Shown: one piece after another, positions 11,301 through 24,689 of the stretch
How the letters are laid out: every line of letters begins with the position of its first letter
Position numbering within the stretch: the first letter of the stretch is position 1
From: Nymphaea colorata
Taxonomy: Eukaryota
DNA: 64,000 nucleotides
Direction of reading: 5' to 3'
Assembly (NCBI RefSeq): GCF_008831285.2
Contig: NC_045138.2
Location: 14,756,001-14,820,000, forward strand
Notes under the pieces: model-generated
What the model saw: the letters and a program-made list of their open reading frames with translations, nothing else
What the model was told of the DNA's origin: nothing
The model's database searches: none
Made by a program: the position numbers and the translations under genes

Positions 11301-14300
11301 ACCTTCCAAGGAACCAGATTAAGAAGCTCAACATAGTTACCCCCACCAAGTGCTGCCAAATCAACATGTTGAGGGATGTAATCCACACGCAGAATACTTG
11401 GATAGATGTCACATTTCTGAAAAAATAAATGTGAGTAAAAATACTGTAATTAAAATAGTTATAATGACCAGCTGAACAAAATCCTGGGCACTTCTCTAAC
11501 AGTGTAAGAAACAATCACATTCACCATGCCAAAGAAGTTTGAAAGTGAAACAAAGAATACATGACAATAAATCAGAGAATATTTGTATAGAGGAAAGGCT
11601 AAAAGGTACACAGCACACCAAGATGAACTAAGAAATTGATGGGCTTAGATAGCTAAGTTTGCAAAATTAATTTCAGAATACTACTAGGTCCCGTTCAGGA
11701 AAACATTTTAAACAAGGTAAACTAAAGAAACCAACTGAGTACCTGAAAAAAAGGAAGCAATGCCTCCTCAACGACATTAAGTTGACTAACACTGGTTGCA
11801 AATGTACAAGGCCTACCCAGGTCATTGGGAACAGAAGAAAATTGGTCACTGGAAGGATGTCCATGTGAAAAGAACGAAACTAAGAAATCAACTTGACTTT
11901 GATGCAGATGTAGCCGTAAAGGAAGCAATGAAAGTTTCAGCCTGCAGACAATAGAAATAACCAGATTAGTTGGTTTAAGGCTAGAAATATTTTTTAAGAT
12001 GCAAATGATCAAAAATTTGTTTCCATTTTTATGCTTTGAAGAAAGAACTACTTTTGACAACTCAAACGACAAACCTTTGCAGTGATGGAGAAGAAAACCA
12101 AATGAGTTCTTAAAGCAATAGGTACAGTTGTAAAAGTCCTATGGTTAAAAAATTGAACAAACTCAAGGCAAATAGCTACGATTACTTGACAGTGGAGACC
12201 AGTTGTAACTTCTAAATAGCAAACAGTTTTTCTCTCATCAAATGGGTTAACTGGATAAAGCAAGAGTATGATCAATTGCATCAGCAATGATGCTTGTTAT
12301 AGAAGCAAAAGGGAGGTCCAACCTGGACCTTTTTCATGACCAAAGATGTATTCTCTTCACACTAGACTTGCGTTCAAGAAAACAAAAGAAAGAGAAACAA
12401 AATACGAGCATTCCTCTTAAGATAATAGTGAAAAGATAATGTATAATATGTCTGCAAGTGAAGATCTAACCTGTATTCTTCAAGAGGTATCAGCGGATCT
12501 GGCTTAACAGTCTCTAAAATCAAATCTACTGCTTTTGCATGGCTCTCTCTAGGATGAAGTTTAGAATGATAGTATCCCAGAATCTTCAAAATGCACAAAA
12601 TAGATGAATTTGTCATTTTGCCAGTTTAATGTGCTCAGGAAAACTCAAGAACAATGGAATTTCAAAAAACCAACAAAATAAAGGTTTAATCAGGCAGTGT
12701 AAAAATGTACCATCTTCCATGGGGCCTCTTTACTGCTATCATATACATGGACATCCTGAATAGATATCGAGAGATTTGATACATTAAGTTTCCCATTAGG
12801 GAAAATATCATATTTAATGTTCATCCCCAACAATGACAGCTCTAGGCACTTGGCAGTGTCACGTCCAATTGTTTTTGAGACCTCTGAACCGTTGCACGAA
12901 GAGCTGGACCAATCAGATCCTGCAAACATTGCCCATGTAACATTGACATTTTCAAGAATAATCCTTCCTTTGCTCTTTAACTCCTCTGCAACTGAAGCAA
13001 AAGAACTAAAGGAGTACTCAGAACTGGCTGAATCTATACATCCTTCATGATGGTTCACAATGGGGACATGATTTTCAACAATACAGAACGAGCCATCTTC
13101 ATACCATCCACTCTTCCCATTATCCACATTATTTGCAGAACCAGTAGCCCTAGATGAAGGACCTGCGTCACTGTGTTTGTGATACCCACCAGGATTTTGT
13201 GCAGAAAATGTATCTAGCACATAGTAGTCATCTATAAATTCTGGCAAGCAATTGGGAGAGGGTTTACTGAGATTTCCTTGTTCAGGCTGATGCAGTAAAT
13301 TACTTGAGGCATTTAGTGGAGCATTACCATTTTTAGACGTATGTAGGAAGCATTTGTTATCTGAAACAGTTTCACTGGATGGAGGATGATTGCTCAAAGA
13401 TTCAGATGGGCCCAAAGATTGGGCTGCTTCCTCACGAAAGACATCATCTAGTATCTCATCCATTAGACCAAGTGGTGACGAGTTATTATCCTCGTCTGTA
13501 ACCTGCACAATAAGAGGAGATTTAGATGTATCCCCACCAAAAGCTTTTGTTTCATCTCTGTCATTGTTGGCTTGCATGACAATATTCCATCGAGTCTGTA
13601 AGTGCAGCACAGATTCTGTTAAATCAGGTGCAAAAAGCTGCTGAAGCTGGTTGCCTAAGCAAATCAAACCAGCCATAGTATCATGGCATGTATTGATTTT
13701 GACATGACAACCAGAGCAGGTTAGTTGCCAAGTGCCATCGTCCGAGTCGGTCTCCAAAATCACTTCCACTAATGTCTCCCCAGCAACTTTAACATAGTTG
13801 TTTGCACGGAGATGCCTTACATCATAATCTACCAAATTCCACAAAGCAGGAAGATCAGAAAGAAGAAGGCCAATATCTTGAATCCCGATCTTATAATCAC
13901 TAGATGTTGCACCATCAGAGTTTCTACTCGAAACATATAATGAAGCTGCAGCAAGAAGACATGCCACACCTTGCTCTCCAATCTTGCCAGTGCATTTCAT
14001 GGGATCTGGACACGCAGATTTAAGCCCCTCTTTACCAGCCTTAACTCCCTTTTGGTAAGGCTCGTAACTCAAAGCAACATCCACAAGTTCCAGAAAAAAG
14101 GATGATTCATAGACCTTTTCCTTCTGAGAAAATTTTTTTTGCCTATCAGCGTCAGAACTGCATGCACCATCACCAGCAGGAACACAAAAGAAGGATGATA
14201 AAGCCGCTAACCAATCCAAACGACCACCTGGAGCAACAAGGGTCCCACATTTGAGAGTTATTGAGGTTGACATTTGCATATCTGGATAACTGAGATGTAC

Positions 14301-17300
14301 AATGGAAGTACCAGCAAATCCAGATGATAAAGCATTGGCACCACCTCCATCACCCCGACGCATCGCAGAATTCCTGGCACAGACAAGCATTATATCCTCA
14401 CTTGTTCCTGCAACCTCTCCAGCTGTCTTAACAATGGAACCCCAAAGCTCACCTTCACCATGGCTTACCCATAGAATGCTTGAGCTAGGCATGCCACCAA
14501 TATTTGAACCAGAAAGCAATTCAAAATTCTGAACCGTCAGACATGTACTAGCCCAAGAACCTGGAAGCTCCTTTTGGATTGATGTATTCACATCTAACGC
14601 CTCCTCCAATTTGACTGAAATGTCTAGCACATCGCATTCTAAAAGAAATGATGACTGAGAAAACTTGACATCATGTGATTGCAGTTTGTCCTTTGAAAAG
14701 TCCTCCCTGGTATTCACATCATTTTTTGCTGAGCCGCCATTGGAAAAGACACCCAGTACTTGGCTTATGAGATGCACCAGCAGTGCATACTCTGTGTGGC
14801 CAAGACTGACAATGGCTCGTGCAAAATGGACGCGGAAGGAAAAACCTGAAGCAGAAATCAATTCCTGGTGTACTTGGGAACTTATACCTTCTTGATCACT
14901 GACAGTAGCTACAGACGCATACTCACACTTCTTCCTGGAATCTTTGTTCCTAGAGAAGTTTCTTGAAGTAGCCATATCCCATGCTCTCTTTGCTATACGC
15001 ATGTCTGTGACTGCATCTACATTCCAAATCATAAAGACACCAGAGCATTTGCCACAACTTCCTGCAATGGAAGAGAAAATCTCTTTTGCAGAAAAAGATT
15101 GCTCATTATAGACAAATAAGTTTCCCTCAGAAGTGTTTCTATCAGGCTTTGAAATTAGATATACACTGAAGCTACCAATATTTAAATGAATAGACGTGGA
15201 AGGCATGTAATTGGAGCTGCCTCCTGAACATCCATTCTGCACATGAAAAGTCTCTCCTGCGCTATCTGTCCTCTCTGATGGACACAGGTCAAAAACAGCA
15301 AAGTTGTTATGGAAATAAAGGCTTCTGGAATCCCCATATCTTTGGAGAGGAAAGCACACAATTGTTCTTGTTTCAGCAAGAACGATATTGCCTTGAACAC
15401 TTACCACTGTAGGGTTTGCCATATCTTCACTTGTTTGATCAAACCCTTTACGATCCTGACGACCATGAGATGATGCATCTGAAGTTCCACCAAAATTTGG
15501 AACAGCAGTTTTCCGAATTTGATTGCATAGGTCCAATAGCATATTGACAGTGTTCAGGTTTACCCACATTATGGTGGGTGGAAGATGGGCAAAGAACGAT
15601 GTTGATGCCCTTAGTTTCCCATTTGCATGCCGAGATATCACAGAAATCAGATGCTCAGAGGAAGTACTTGTTCTCAAAATATTCATCTTCACATACTTGG
15701 CCCTCGCAATAGGTCTGTGATCATCTCCTTGCACCTTGGTATCAACAGGCTCCAAGTGTAAATTTGCAACCACAGTATCCGACCGACTCACATTTTTCAA
15801 CATATCAGGAGGATCTTCAAATGAAAAAGGGAATGGTGGAAGAGCACCCTGAATCTCTGACTGCAAAGAATGGACCAAATTCACCTCTCTAAATAGTTCG
15901 TCCCCATTAACCAACAAGCCCGAATCTGTAGCTTTGCCCTCAAACTTAAAGCAATCATTGACCATGATCTGCTTCAGTACCGCTTCAAACTTTACTTGTT
16001 GGGGAAAAATCTGTTGCCTTTGCCAGAAACTCAACATCAATTCAACCAACGAAATAGAACAGAAAAAGTACTTCATAAAAGAAAATCAATGTATTAAATC
16101 TCTGCAATAATTACCTGGAAAATGACATTAAGTCCTTGAAGGTTTGCTTCTAAATAATGCACAGAACTATAAAAACAAGTCTTTTGATCTGGCAACATAT
16201 TTTTTTGCTCCAGATGCAGAGATTCTACATCAGAATTCATGTTGTTGACGTACATGTTTTCCCCAGAGCTCTTCATGCCATTACATCCATTTTGTGTTTC
16301 ATCATGGAAAGATAGAATGATGGACACTCCAGCAATTGTCGCATTTATATTTGTTTGAACATGCTGCTGCTCTGTACAAACAAGCAAGCAACAGGATCAG
16401 AAACCAGTTTTAGAACCATGATTAATTAAGATGCCAGTGCCACTGTTTACAGAAATCTCACACTAAAATGCATGTAAAACAGAAGTTACAGAACAACATA
16501 ATAGCATGATAAGATATGAAAAAATATTATAAACTTATAAGAGCAATCAGTATTGATCGCGATTTATGGCCCGATCTACAACTTCATTACCGAGAGAGAC
16601 TTGTTAAAAAATAAAGCTCATTACATCCTTTAGAATCAAAAAAATTGCAAAAAGAAGGTACACGGCAGTGGAAAGACCACTAATCAATCTGGGAGACGGA
16701 AACTAATGAAATGCATAAAGGCTTTCCAGAATTTTGGCATAAATTGCATGTTTCTCAATCAGAGTCACGATATACTTGACAATTGATACATGATGACCTC
16801 AAAGCAGCAGCAACTTCAATCAACAATTGGCCCCAAACTTTATAAGTTGACACATGGCAGAAAAGGTTCTCAAACAGACATAAAGAAATAAATAAAAAGG
16901 TTGATGTGATGAAAGACAACTATCAAGATTAAAGTATTCGTTAAGAGGACTTCTGCTTGAATGGATACACCTGGCATTTACTGTTTAGAAATTGTGGACC
17001 TACTCCTGGATTAGACAATGATAGTTAAAGGTTGTTGATTAGTCAGCTTTGTCAACATATAAGTTCACTGTTTGACGTCTTGAGAAAGTTTGAGTCTGGT
17101 GATCATTTTTCATAAACTCTACAAGTTTCTTCACCATTTATCTTCATTAGTATTTTATATTTCTTAAAATGTTAGCCTGGTTTGAATTCTCAACAGGCTT
17201 TTCATTATATGATGATATGAGAAACTCATGTTTTAAAACATTACTGTAATGGTCTCTACAACATTGTCGTTCAAGAGTTGAATCATCAAGAAGGATAAAG

Positions 17301-17426
17301 ACAACTAAGTACCTCTCTTATAGAAGCAAGTTGTGTTGTTAGACTAGATAGGAGCTATGTCACATAGGTACGGGTACGGGTGCCGGTACTGACCCTTTTC
17401 AAAAAACTTGGGTGCGGGGGCTACGG

Positions 17427-17460
<34 letters not shown>

Positions 17461-20400
17461 CTTGGGTGCGGAGGGTACGGCCTTATATATATATATATTA
17501 TATATATATATATATAAACAATAAGAAATACTTAGAAAATATGTATCAAAATAAAGAATATACGTCAACATAAACAAATAAATAACATAGAAAACATATA
17601 TCAACGGCTCTTGCAGCAGTGTGTTTAAGAAATCTATGAGAAACTTTAAACATATGGACAACCAAGCAGCCCCCTAGTCAAATATGAAAATCAATCAAAT
17701 TTTCACATGAAAGAATAGAATAAAAAAGTAAGGTGGAAAAAATTAAATCAAAGTAAAATTAAGCAGTTTGGGTCTATAGGTACCCAAGTGTCAAAGTATC
17801 CATTTTGGGTATGGGTACGGTGACACGGGTACGTGGACCTTACTGAAGTAACCATGTGACTTAGGATAGGAGCCTATGGTAGTGTGGGAGGTGCCAAGCA
17901 GAAAATGTAAGAGGGGAACACACAGGAACAAGGGTAAATCAACCACCTGTGGCTTAAAGAGGGGAAAATGGTTACAAACACAGTCAACCTCCTTCAAGCA
18001 CTTGATGTTGTTGAAGTACAATGGCAAAGAAGCAAAACAAAAGAGGCCTCTCCAAACATCAAATCACCTCATTAGAATCTTAGACTAAGTAGAGGCTTAT
18101 AACAGACAGGAAGGTGATGAGTAAAAAAGGTGAAACTAAAAGGGGAACCACAGATGAAAGAGGGAAAAGCAATCAGCTGTAGGCTGTAGCTCAAAGAGGG
18201 GAAACACGGATCCAAAGAACCTCCTTCAAGCAGGTGATGTTGCTGACTGAATTCAGAAGTAAATTGCTAATATTGTATGTAGGATTTCAAATAAACAAAT
18301 CTTCGTTGTTCAGTTTCCAACTACTAACTCCTATTTTTGCTAATGAAAAGGACCCATCATTGCATGGCAGTTGGCACAAGCATGTGATGCAGTCTTCATG
18401 TACTTGACATTGTTGTCTTCACCTAATTCATGTAGTTGGTTGTCGACCTGGTTGCCAGCTAGCTCCAGTAGCTGCCAACTAGTCCTTTGACATACTGGTA
18501 GGCATTCAAACAACTAAAGTTAATCACGGGGGTCTCTCTCCTGACAAATACATTTCCTTCTCCTTCCATCTTTTTTTCTTTTTAGTTCCTTTTTCTTTGT
18601 TTTTCTTCTTTTTCTCTTTTTCATTTTTTCTTCTCTCTTTCTTCAATGTTGTTGGAACTTTCACTTCTTTTCATTTCCACCATGCAGAAAATTCTAAAGA
18701 TGCACAAAATTTTGAATCTTTTTACTTCCTCTATGTCATGACTTATTAACATTGTCACAAATATCATTCTCAGGAAAATCACGGCAACCAACAGACATGT
18801 AAACTAGGCTTTTTAGAGTAAACTAGTCTTTTTAGAGGATCTAAAGACACGCAACCAACATATGATTTTGACCATACAGCCATGTCAAGTGGTCAAATAA
18901 ACATCACTACATCCAACATTAGAGCTTCTTACAACTTCCTAAATAGTCCAGTCACGAACTAGTAGCCACATTCCAGGATATGACACCAAAAACTATAGCA
19001 AGAGATGACATTCAAAACCATCTTGGTGCTTACCTAAAAAATTAACAACAATTATTGCCATCCAAGTATGTTTATGGTGCATAAATAGACAATGAGTAAA
19101 AGATTTGTTCAATTCTAATGCACTTATGCAAATGAGATCAAATTAACAATGACATAGACAAGTGGAGAATAGCATTTAGAATGTTATCAGTCTCAGGGCG
19201 ATGATGTGCTTACCAGTTGGGATATGCAAGGAACCAGAAGCAAGGGAGGAAGCAGCAGAAATTGTACTGAAAACAGAGCACGTCCAGTTCCATATACCGC
19301 TGCTACTAAGAGCAGACTGAGAGCTTATACCATCCAGACAGTCAAAGAACTGATTGACACTGTAAAGCCACAAGACCAAAATCGTTAGACTACTGCCAGT
19401 GAAGCAGTTTAATTAGCAATCAAAAGCAATCCAAAAGCTTGGTTTAAGCTTATAAGAAAAACAGATTGCAGTGCCAGATCAAAAAGGATTTAGAAGAACA
19501 TGAACTAGAATCAACCTTGCCCCAAAATCAGGCTCTACTTCTGCTCCAGCATTTTTGTCTTTGATAATACCCACTGGCACCCAGTCAAGTATTAAACGTG
19601 TGCCAGGAATTGACTCATTTGGTAAAGTTTCAACACCAATATGAGAGTTCATATTTGTTACTAACCTGTCACTAGTAGGTATTAATTTGTCAGCATCTAA
19701 CACATGAAACCAAAATAAAGGGGCGATAGTCAGATCCAAACCTTAAACCTGTTTCGGAACCCACGGCCTTACAATTTGTGCTTCCATTGTCATTTCTCCC
19801 AATGAACTTGAAAGAATCCCACAAGAAAATGATAAACTGTATGGAGCTAGGATAAAACCTTAGCTCAACTGGATCAATATGGAATTCTGCATCTACCTTA
19901 CTAATGTCCAAAGAGCCATTTTTCCATGGCATGCTTAGTTTCAAAGTTCCACAGAGACCATTTTCTCCAGTAAAGACAGGAATTGGAGGCACAAAAGGCT
20001 TACAGCTCTGACTAATACCGAATCCTGAGGCATCTGAGAAGTCTGACTGACTCTCTTCATCAATCACCTGAAGAAGTTCCACTGTTGCGCCATGGAATGT
20101 CACGAAATTTGTCAACTTTGTCATCCCCAGGAAACCATCACTCTGTGAACCTGAGTCTGAATGTGTCTGCACACTTTCAGACAGGCATGTGCCATATGCC
20201 AATTCTGTGATATGGAAAACCATGATTCTGTAGATATGTGACGTCTTTCCAGCTTTTTTTGGGTTAGGATCTAATGCAACTAACAAATTGTTTACTTTTA
20301 CATGGAAATTGGAAAGCAAACACTTCACCAAATTTGCTATTGTCTTCACTCCTTCATGAACATCTGAAGGAGTGAATGTAGCATCTTGATGGATCCTACT

Positions 20401-21593
20401 GTCGCTAATCTTGACACGACTACCCGAAATTGATGGTTTTTCAACTCTGTGGGATCGCATATGTTCAACAGCCCCTGGGACTTCTTCAACCGACTGTTGT
20501 GAAAGTACAATCTCAAGATCCTTTATTTCAACCTCACAGTTGCTTACATTCCATGGTATTTTGACTGATAAAGAACCAATTGATCCATCTTTGACCATGA
20601 TAGGGTTCATTCCTAGCTGCAAAAATGAAAGGAAGCATATGTATCATATTCCCCTGCGCTGGTCACATGAAGTAGTCTCGTACATATGCTGAAAATATGT
20701 TACTGAAAGATGATGACATGGTATCGTGCATTAGCTAATATTTTCAGCTGTCGGGTTGAACCTTGTACCTGAATACTGTGAAAATCTTACAAAAACAACA
20801 TGCTAAATTTTTTTAGATAGCATAGAAGTTACCATCAATAAAATTTTTGTTTTGGCTTCCATACCGAGGCATAGTCCAAAAAATTGAATAAATACAGTTC
20901 CTCCTAAATAAAATTTGCACTCAACCCAGAACTAATATCTTCTTGAAGAAGCATCACGCCACCAACCGAATTTGCACGAGTGAATAACGCCAAACAACCA
21001 AAGCAACTTGAGAAGCTCCAAAATTGTAAAATTCTAAACATGGAGAGAAAACTAAAATACAATCACGCCTCCAACTGAATTTGCAAGAGTGAATAACGCC
21101 AAACAACCATAGCTACTTGAGAAGCTCCAGAATTGAAAAATTCCAAACATGGAGAGAAAACTAAAATACAATCACCAAAAAAGCCCTCGAAAACCAACTA
21201 CGAATTGAACCCGAAGCAAAACAATCACGCCAGCAGAAACAAGTGCAGCAGTAAAATCGATGTCACGATTCATGCACTCATAGGTTGCAGAATTCGACAA
21301 AAACAAGCCAGCTTTTCCCAACCCACGAGTCAGTTTCTGGAAAGGAAACAAAACCGTCGACGCTGGCAACAACATTAACCGACCAATTCAGACAGGGAAG
21401 AAGGAAAAAAAAAAAGACGGCGCACCTTCTGATTGAGGTATTCGACGTTCAGAGCGAGGTCATGAAGCTCGATCGAGCCGGCGCCCAGCTGGACATCCAA
21501 TTGGTCGAGGTCGAGATCCCCCAGGATGATCTTCCCAAGCTTCTTCTTCAAGATAAATCTGAAGACGTGCTTCAGCGCCCATCGCGACAACAT
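8307..21593 (-). CDS. ATG2: Autophagy-related protein 2. Predicted exons: 21593-21426, 20616-19516 (frame break near 19700), 19359-19214, 16371-16115, 16010-12711, 12583-12471, 11941-11743, 11416-11303, 10281-10174, 10069-9937, 9376-9174, 8967-8771, 8698-8626, 8342-8307 (last exon less certain)
   Basis: N-terminal chorein-N segment [36 protein letters not shown]. Internal motifs [54 protein letters not shown] and [29 protein letters not shown]-terminal [16 protein letters not shown]. All junctions are GT-AG and in phase. Confidence 0.93.
17355..17864. mobile_element. hAT-type MITE in ATG2 intron 3
   Basis: Termini CTATGTCACA...TGTGACTTAG. The same 8-mer GATAGGAG flanks both sides (17347-17354 and 17865-17872). 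Subterminal GGGTAC/GGGTGC repeats and internal (TA)n. Confidence 0.88.
20953..21175. repeat. 109-bp tandem duplication in ATG2 intron 1
   Basis: The unit starting ATCACGCC begins at 20953 and again at 21062, with a few substitutions. A third ATCAC begins at 21171. Confidence 0.9.
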
Positions 21594-21636
21594 GGCGCCG
21601 ACGACCCACCGGAATCCAACGTGAATTCCGTCCACT

Positions 21637-21644
21637 AAACCCTA
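21637..21644 (+). promoter_or_regulatory. Telo-box AAACCCTA in the ATG2 leader; a second copy at 32180-32187 in the PRAF leader
   Basis: Exact motif close to the start codon of both genes; function is inferred only. Confidence 0.4.
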
Positions 21645-22224
21645 GCTCCGCACGGTACTGCGAAAGAGGAAGAAGATAATATTACCCATCCGCAACCAGC
21701 GGAGATGGAAGGGGGCGAAGTTTTTATTCTCTCTCGAACGCGATAGGCACAAATAAGAAAAGCAATCATCAAAAAAAGGAGGGGGAGGGAAGGTCGGACC
21801 CGATTCGACTCGTTTGATATTATACCGAATCAGTTTCGGATGGGATCGCTGGCACTTGCGTCCCGACGTAGGAATGAGTAGGTACCGTACCGGATTCTTT
21901 GGTGCTAGACCTGTAAGTATATGGTTGACAGGACAGGGAAAAAGACTAGCATTTCGGTTATATAACATTAATTACCTGCAAAGGTGGTTAATGGCTAGAA
22001 TTCAAAATATACAACTAAAATACAGTTGTCATGTAAATATCATGTAAATTTTAGTCCCTATTTATGATGCAGCAACAATTTATAGTGTTTTTAGCAATGA
22101 TTTGTTGTACTTTTAAGAATGGTTTTTAAAATTTTTACCGTTCGGCAACAAAAAAAAAAAATAATCTCTCTCTCTCCCTATATAATATATATATACACAC
22201 ACAAAAAAAAAAGATCCTTACATG

Positions 22225-22432
22225 CTATATCAGTAAGAAATATTCTTAGTCGTTGATCTTTTGGTTGAGATAAAATGAAGGAGAAAAGGGATAAAATATT
22301 TTAGTTATATATAACTAATTAATAACTTTTCTCATTGATTTTATCTCAATCATTCATCTTGAAAAAATGAATGGCTATGATGAATTTTTGTGTGTGTCCG
22401 CACCTAAGGGCCTCATCATGTCTACCAATTTC
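22225..22432. mobile_element. Microsatellite-flanked MITE-like repeat, related copy at about 34670-34870
   Basis: Both copies share TCTTAGT..TGATCTTTT at the left end, CTCAA(T/C)CATTCAT in the middle and ACCTAAG...TACCA at the right end. Both are bordered by (TA)n/(TC)n tracts. Confidence 0.55.
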
Positions 22433-24689
22433 TTTATATATTTATATATAGGCTGTAAAAATGAATTGATTCCGACTCGGCCCTGTAAAGCATACTATTA
22501 CACAGGGTGTGTTTTTTTTTTTTTTGTTTGCTCAAATTTCCCATACCAGAGGAAGTCAACAAAGTTGTTGAAAATAAGCGGTTCCCAGATATTCCGTTTC
22601 AGCAACTTTCACCGGTGGAGGAGGGAATTTTTATTCATATTGCACAGTAACATCCACATTTCTGTTGCCTGAATTTCTTCTAAGCAAAGAAATTTTTACG
22701 AAAACAATGAAAAAAAGTAAAATTTGAAACTTTCACAGGGTTGCAAGCAACAACAAGTAGTTGGATTGATCAATTGGCAATTAATTGATCCTTCAAGCAA
22801 AACGTTAAGATTTAACATAAAGTTCTCCAAAATTTTATAAAGTATACCATATTTTGAAACCTGAAGCTTCAGAATTTTTGGTAAACTGTGGAGGTCAAGA
22901 CTTTCAAGTTCATGAGATCAAGAGATAAATCAGATTTTGGCAACACTGCATTTTGCAACGGATATTTTTTTCCCCATAGAATTTTATCCAGTTCCATACA
23001 CGGTGGACATTATTTCAAGGATTTTAATCTATGCCCATCATACACGAGACACAAATTTTATCCATGGACATTTATCTCTTGGTAACTATACCATGGATTT
23101 TTGTTCATGAAATTTTGTCGGTGGCCATCCCCAAGAGACAAATTGGGTACGACTACTTAAGGACTTGATGTGGGCCTAATAAGAAGCGCGTCGGCAAGCT
23201 GATGCTAATATGAACCAAAATTGCCAAGCGTTCATGTTTCTTTTGGCCTTTTAAGCAAATGAAATTAGGGTTGCAGATATCTTGGATCTCAAACACCGAA
23301 ATGCACTAAAAATTTGGTCCCAAACAAATCGTATGCTGTTAAAAATGATAATTCCTATAAGTGTTATGCCTTTGTGTCTTAATTGGTGGAGTGTGGAACC
23401 TAAGTTGAAGGATGCACGGCTGACACTCGATGACTATGCATTCGAGGATCCTGAAAGCAGCAAGAATGAGGGAGTCTTCAACCCTCTTTTTCACTAATGT
23501 TTTATGTTTATGAGCGTCGGATATCCGTCGTATTTCAAAGAATATTCAATATCACGTTCAAACTTAATTACCAGTTGGATATGACGTCTCTTACCAGTCC
23601 CAGCTCTTTGGATTCGTGTTCACTAATATATCAGATTGACATCTTTGTGCCCTATGCAAGTACCCTACCCAGCGTTGGAGAACCCACAAATTTGATTGCC
23701 TTAACAGACATCTTCTTGTGGATGGAAGCTCATGTTGATAACTAATTAGCATGTTACTACTGTCTCATGAATAGGCTTGAAAGATTGGGGCAGATCCAAA
23801 CAAAACCCCAAGAGCTCCACCTAATTTTAGTTTTCACAAGAGGAAATGTTCACAGGTCATTGGCAAATTGAGATTCATACCGCAATTCTGCACTGGAAGA
23901 AATCTGGGTTTTATTGGCCAAATTATATACTCAGGAAGGACACGAAAATACTCTGGTTTTGGATGGTAGATCCTCTTAACTGCCAATCAGATACCTTGGA
24001 TTTTCTCCTTTCTCTAACTTGTTTGCATCAGAGGGCGCCAAAGGATGAGCCAGAAGGTCAACTATTAATTTTTAAATTTGATCATCATACTGCAAATCGG
24101 ACACAAGACATATTTGTTCTTTTATTTTTCTGTTTTGGTAGGGTTGGTTGGTCTTGCTAGGATCGTCAAAATTATCCGATTGTAGTGTCCAGCACAGGCC
24201 TATATTGTCGCACCCACGTGGACTAACAGCTTGAGATACAAAGAGACTCGGTCCTCGATGAGTCCAGTCCAAATTTGTTTGATGTTTGAGTCGGAGACCG
24301 AATGCCCGTCTCAGGCATAAATATATTCAAGTGGATATGAACCCATTTTTAACAAGATGGATGGCACCGGCGAATATTTTGCTGCCCATAGATTACAAGA
24401 AGCGAGTATATGTATAAATATATACAACGTACAACAGCAAAGGGCAGAGTAACAAGACTCAAAACTGAGAAGGAAAGAGAAAAAGGATGATAAGAGAAAA
24501 AAGAATAGATATCAACGAAGAAAGAAGAGGAAGAAAAAGAAAAAAATTTCCTTGCCTTCTCGCATCCATCAAAAGAGCGGGTTCCCAAGCTTACAGTAGC
24601 AACAAAAACGTGACAATGAGCGGCATTGCTGTCGTCGCGTGCTTTTTCCTGGGCGGTGAAACTTGGGAAATACGGGCAGACCTTCGAAC

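Noticed and set aside
12817..15720. Plus-strand ORFs inside ATG2 exon 5, and similarly 26995-28368 inside PRAF
   Set aside because: Antisense shadows of long coding exons.
23846..24160. SGFYWP motif resembling a Ty3/Gypsy integrase zinc-binding region
   Set aside because: No flanking HHCC residues, integrase core or LTR visible; six residues are not enough.
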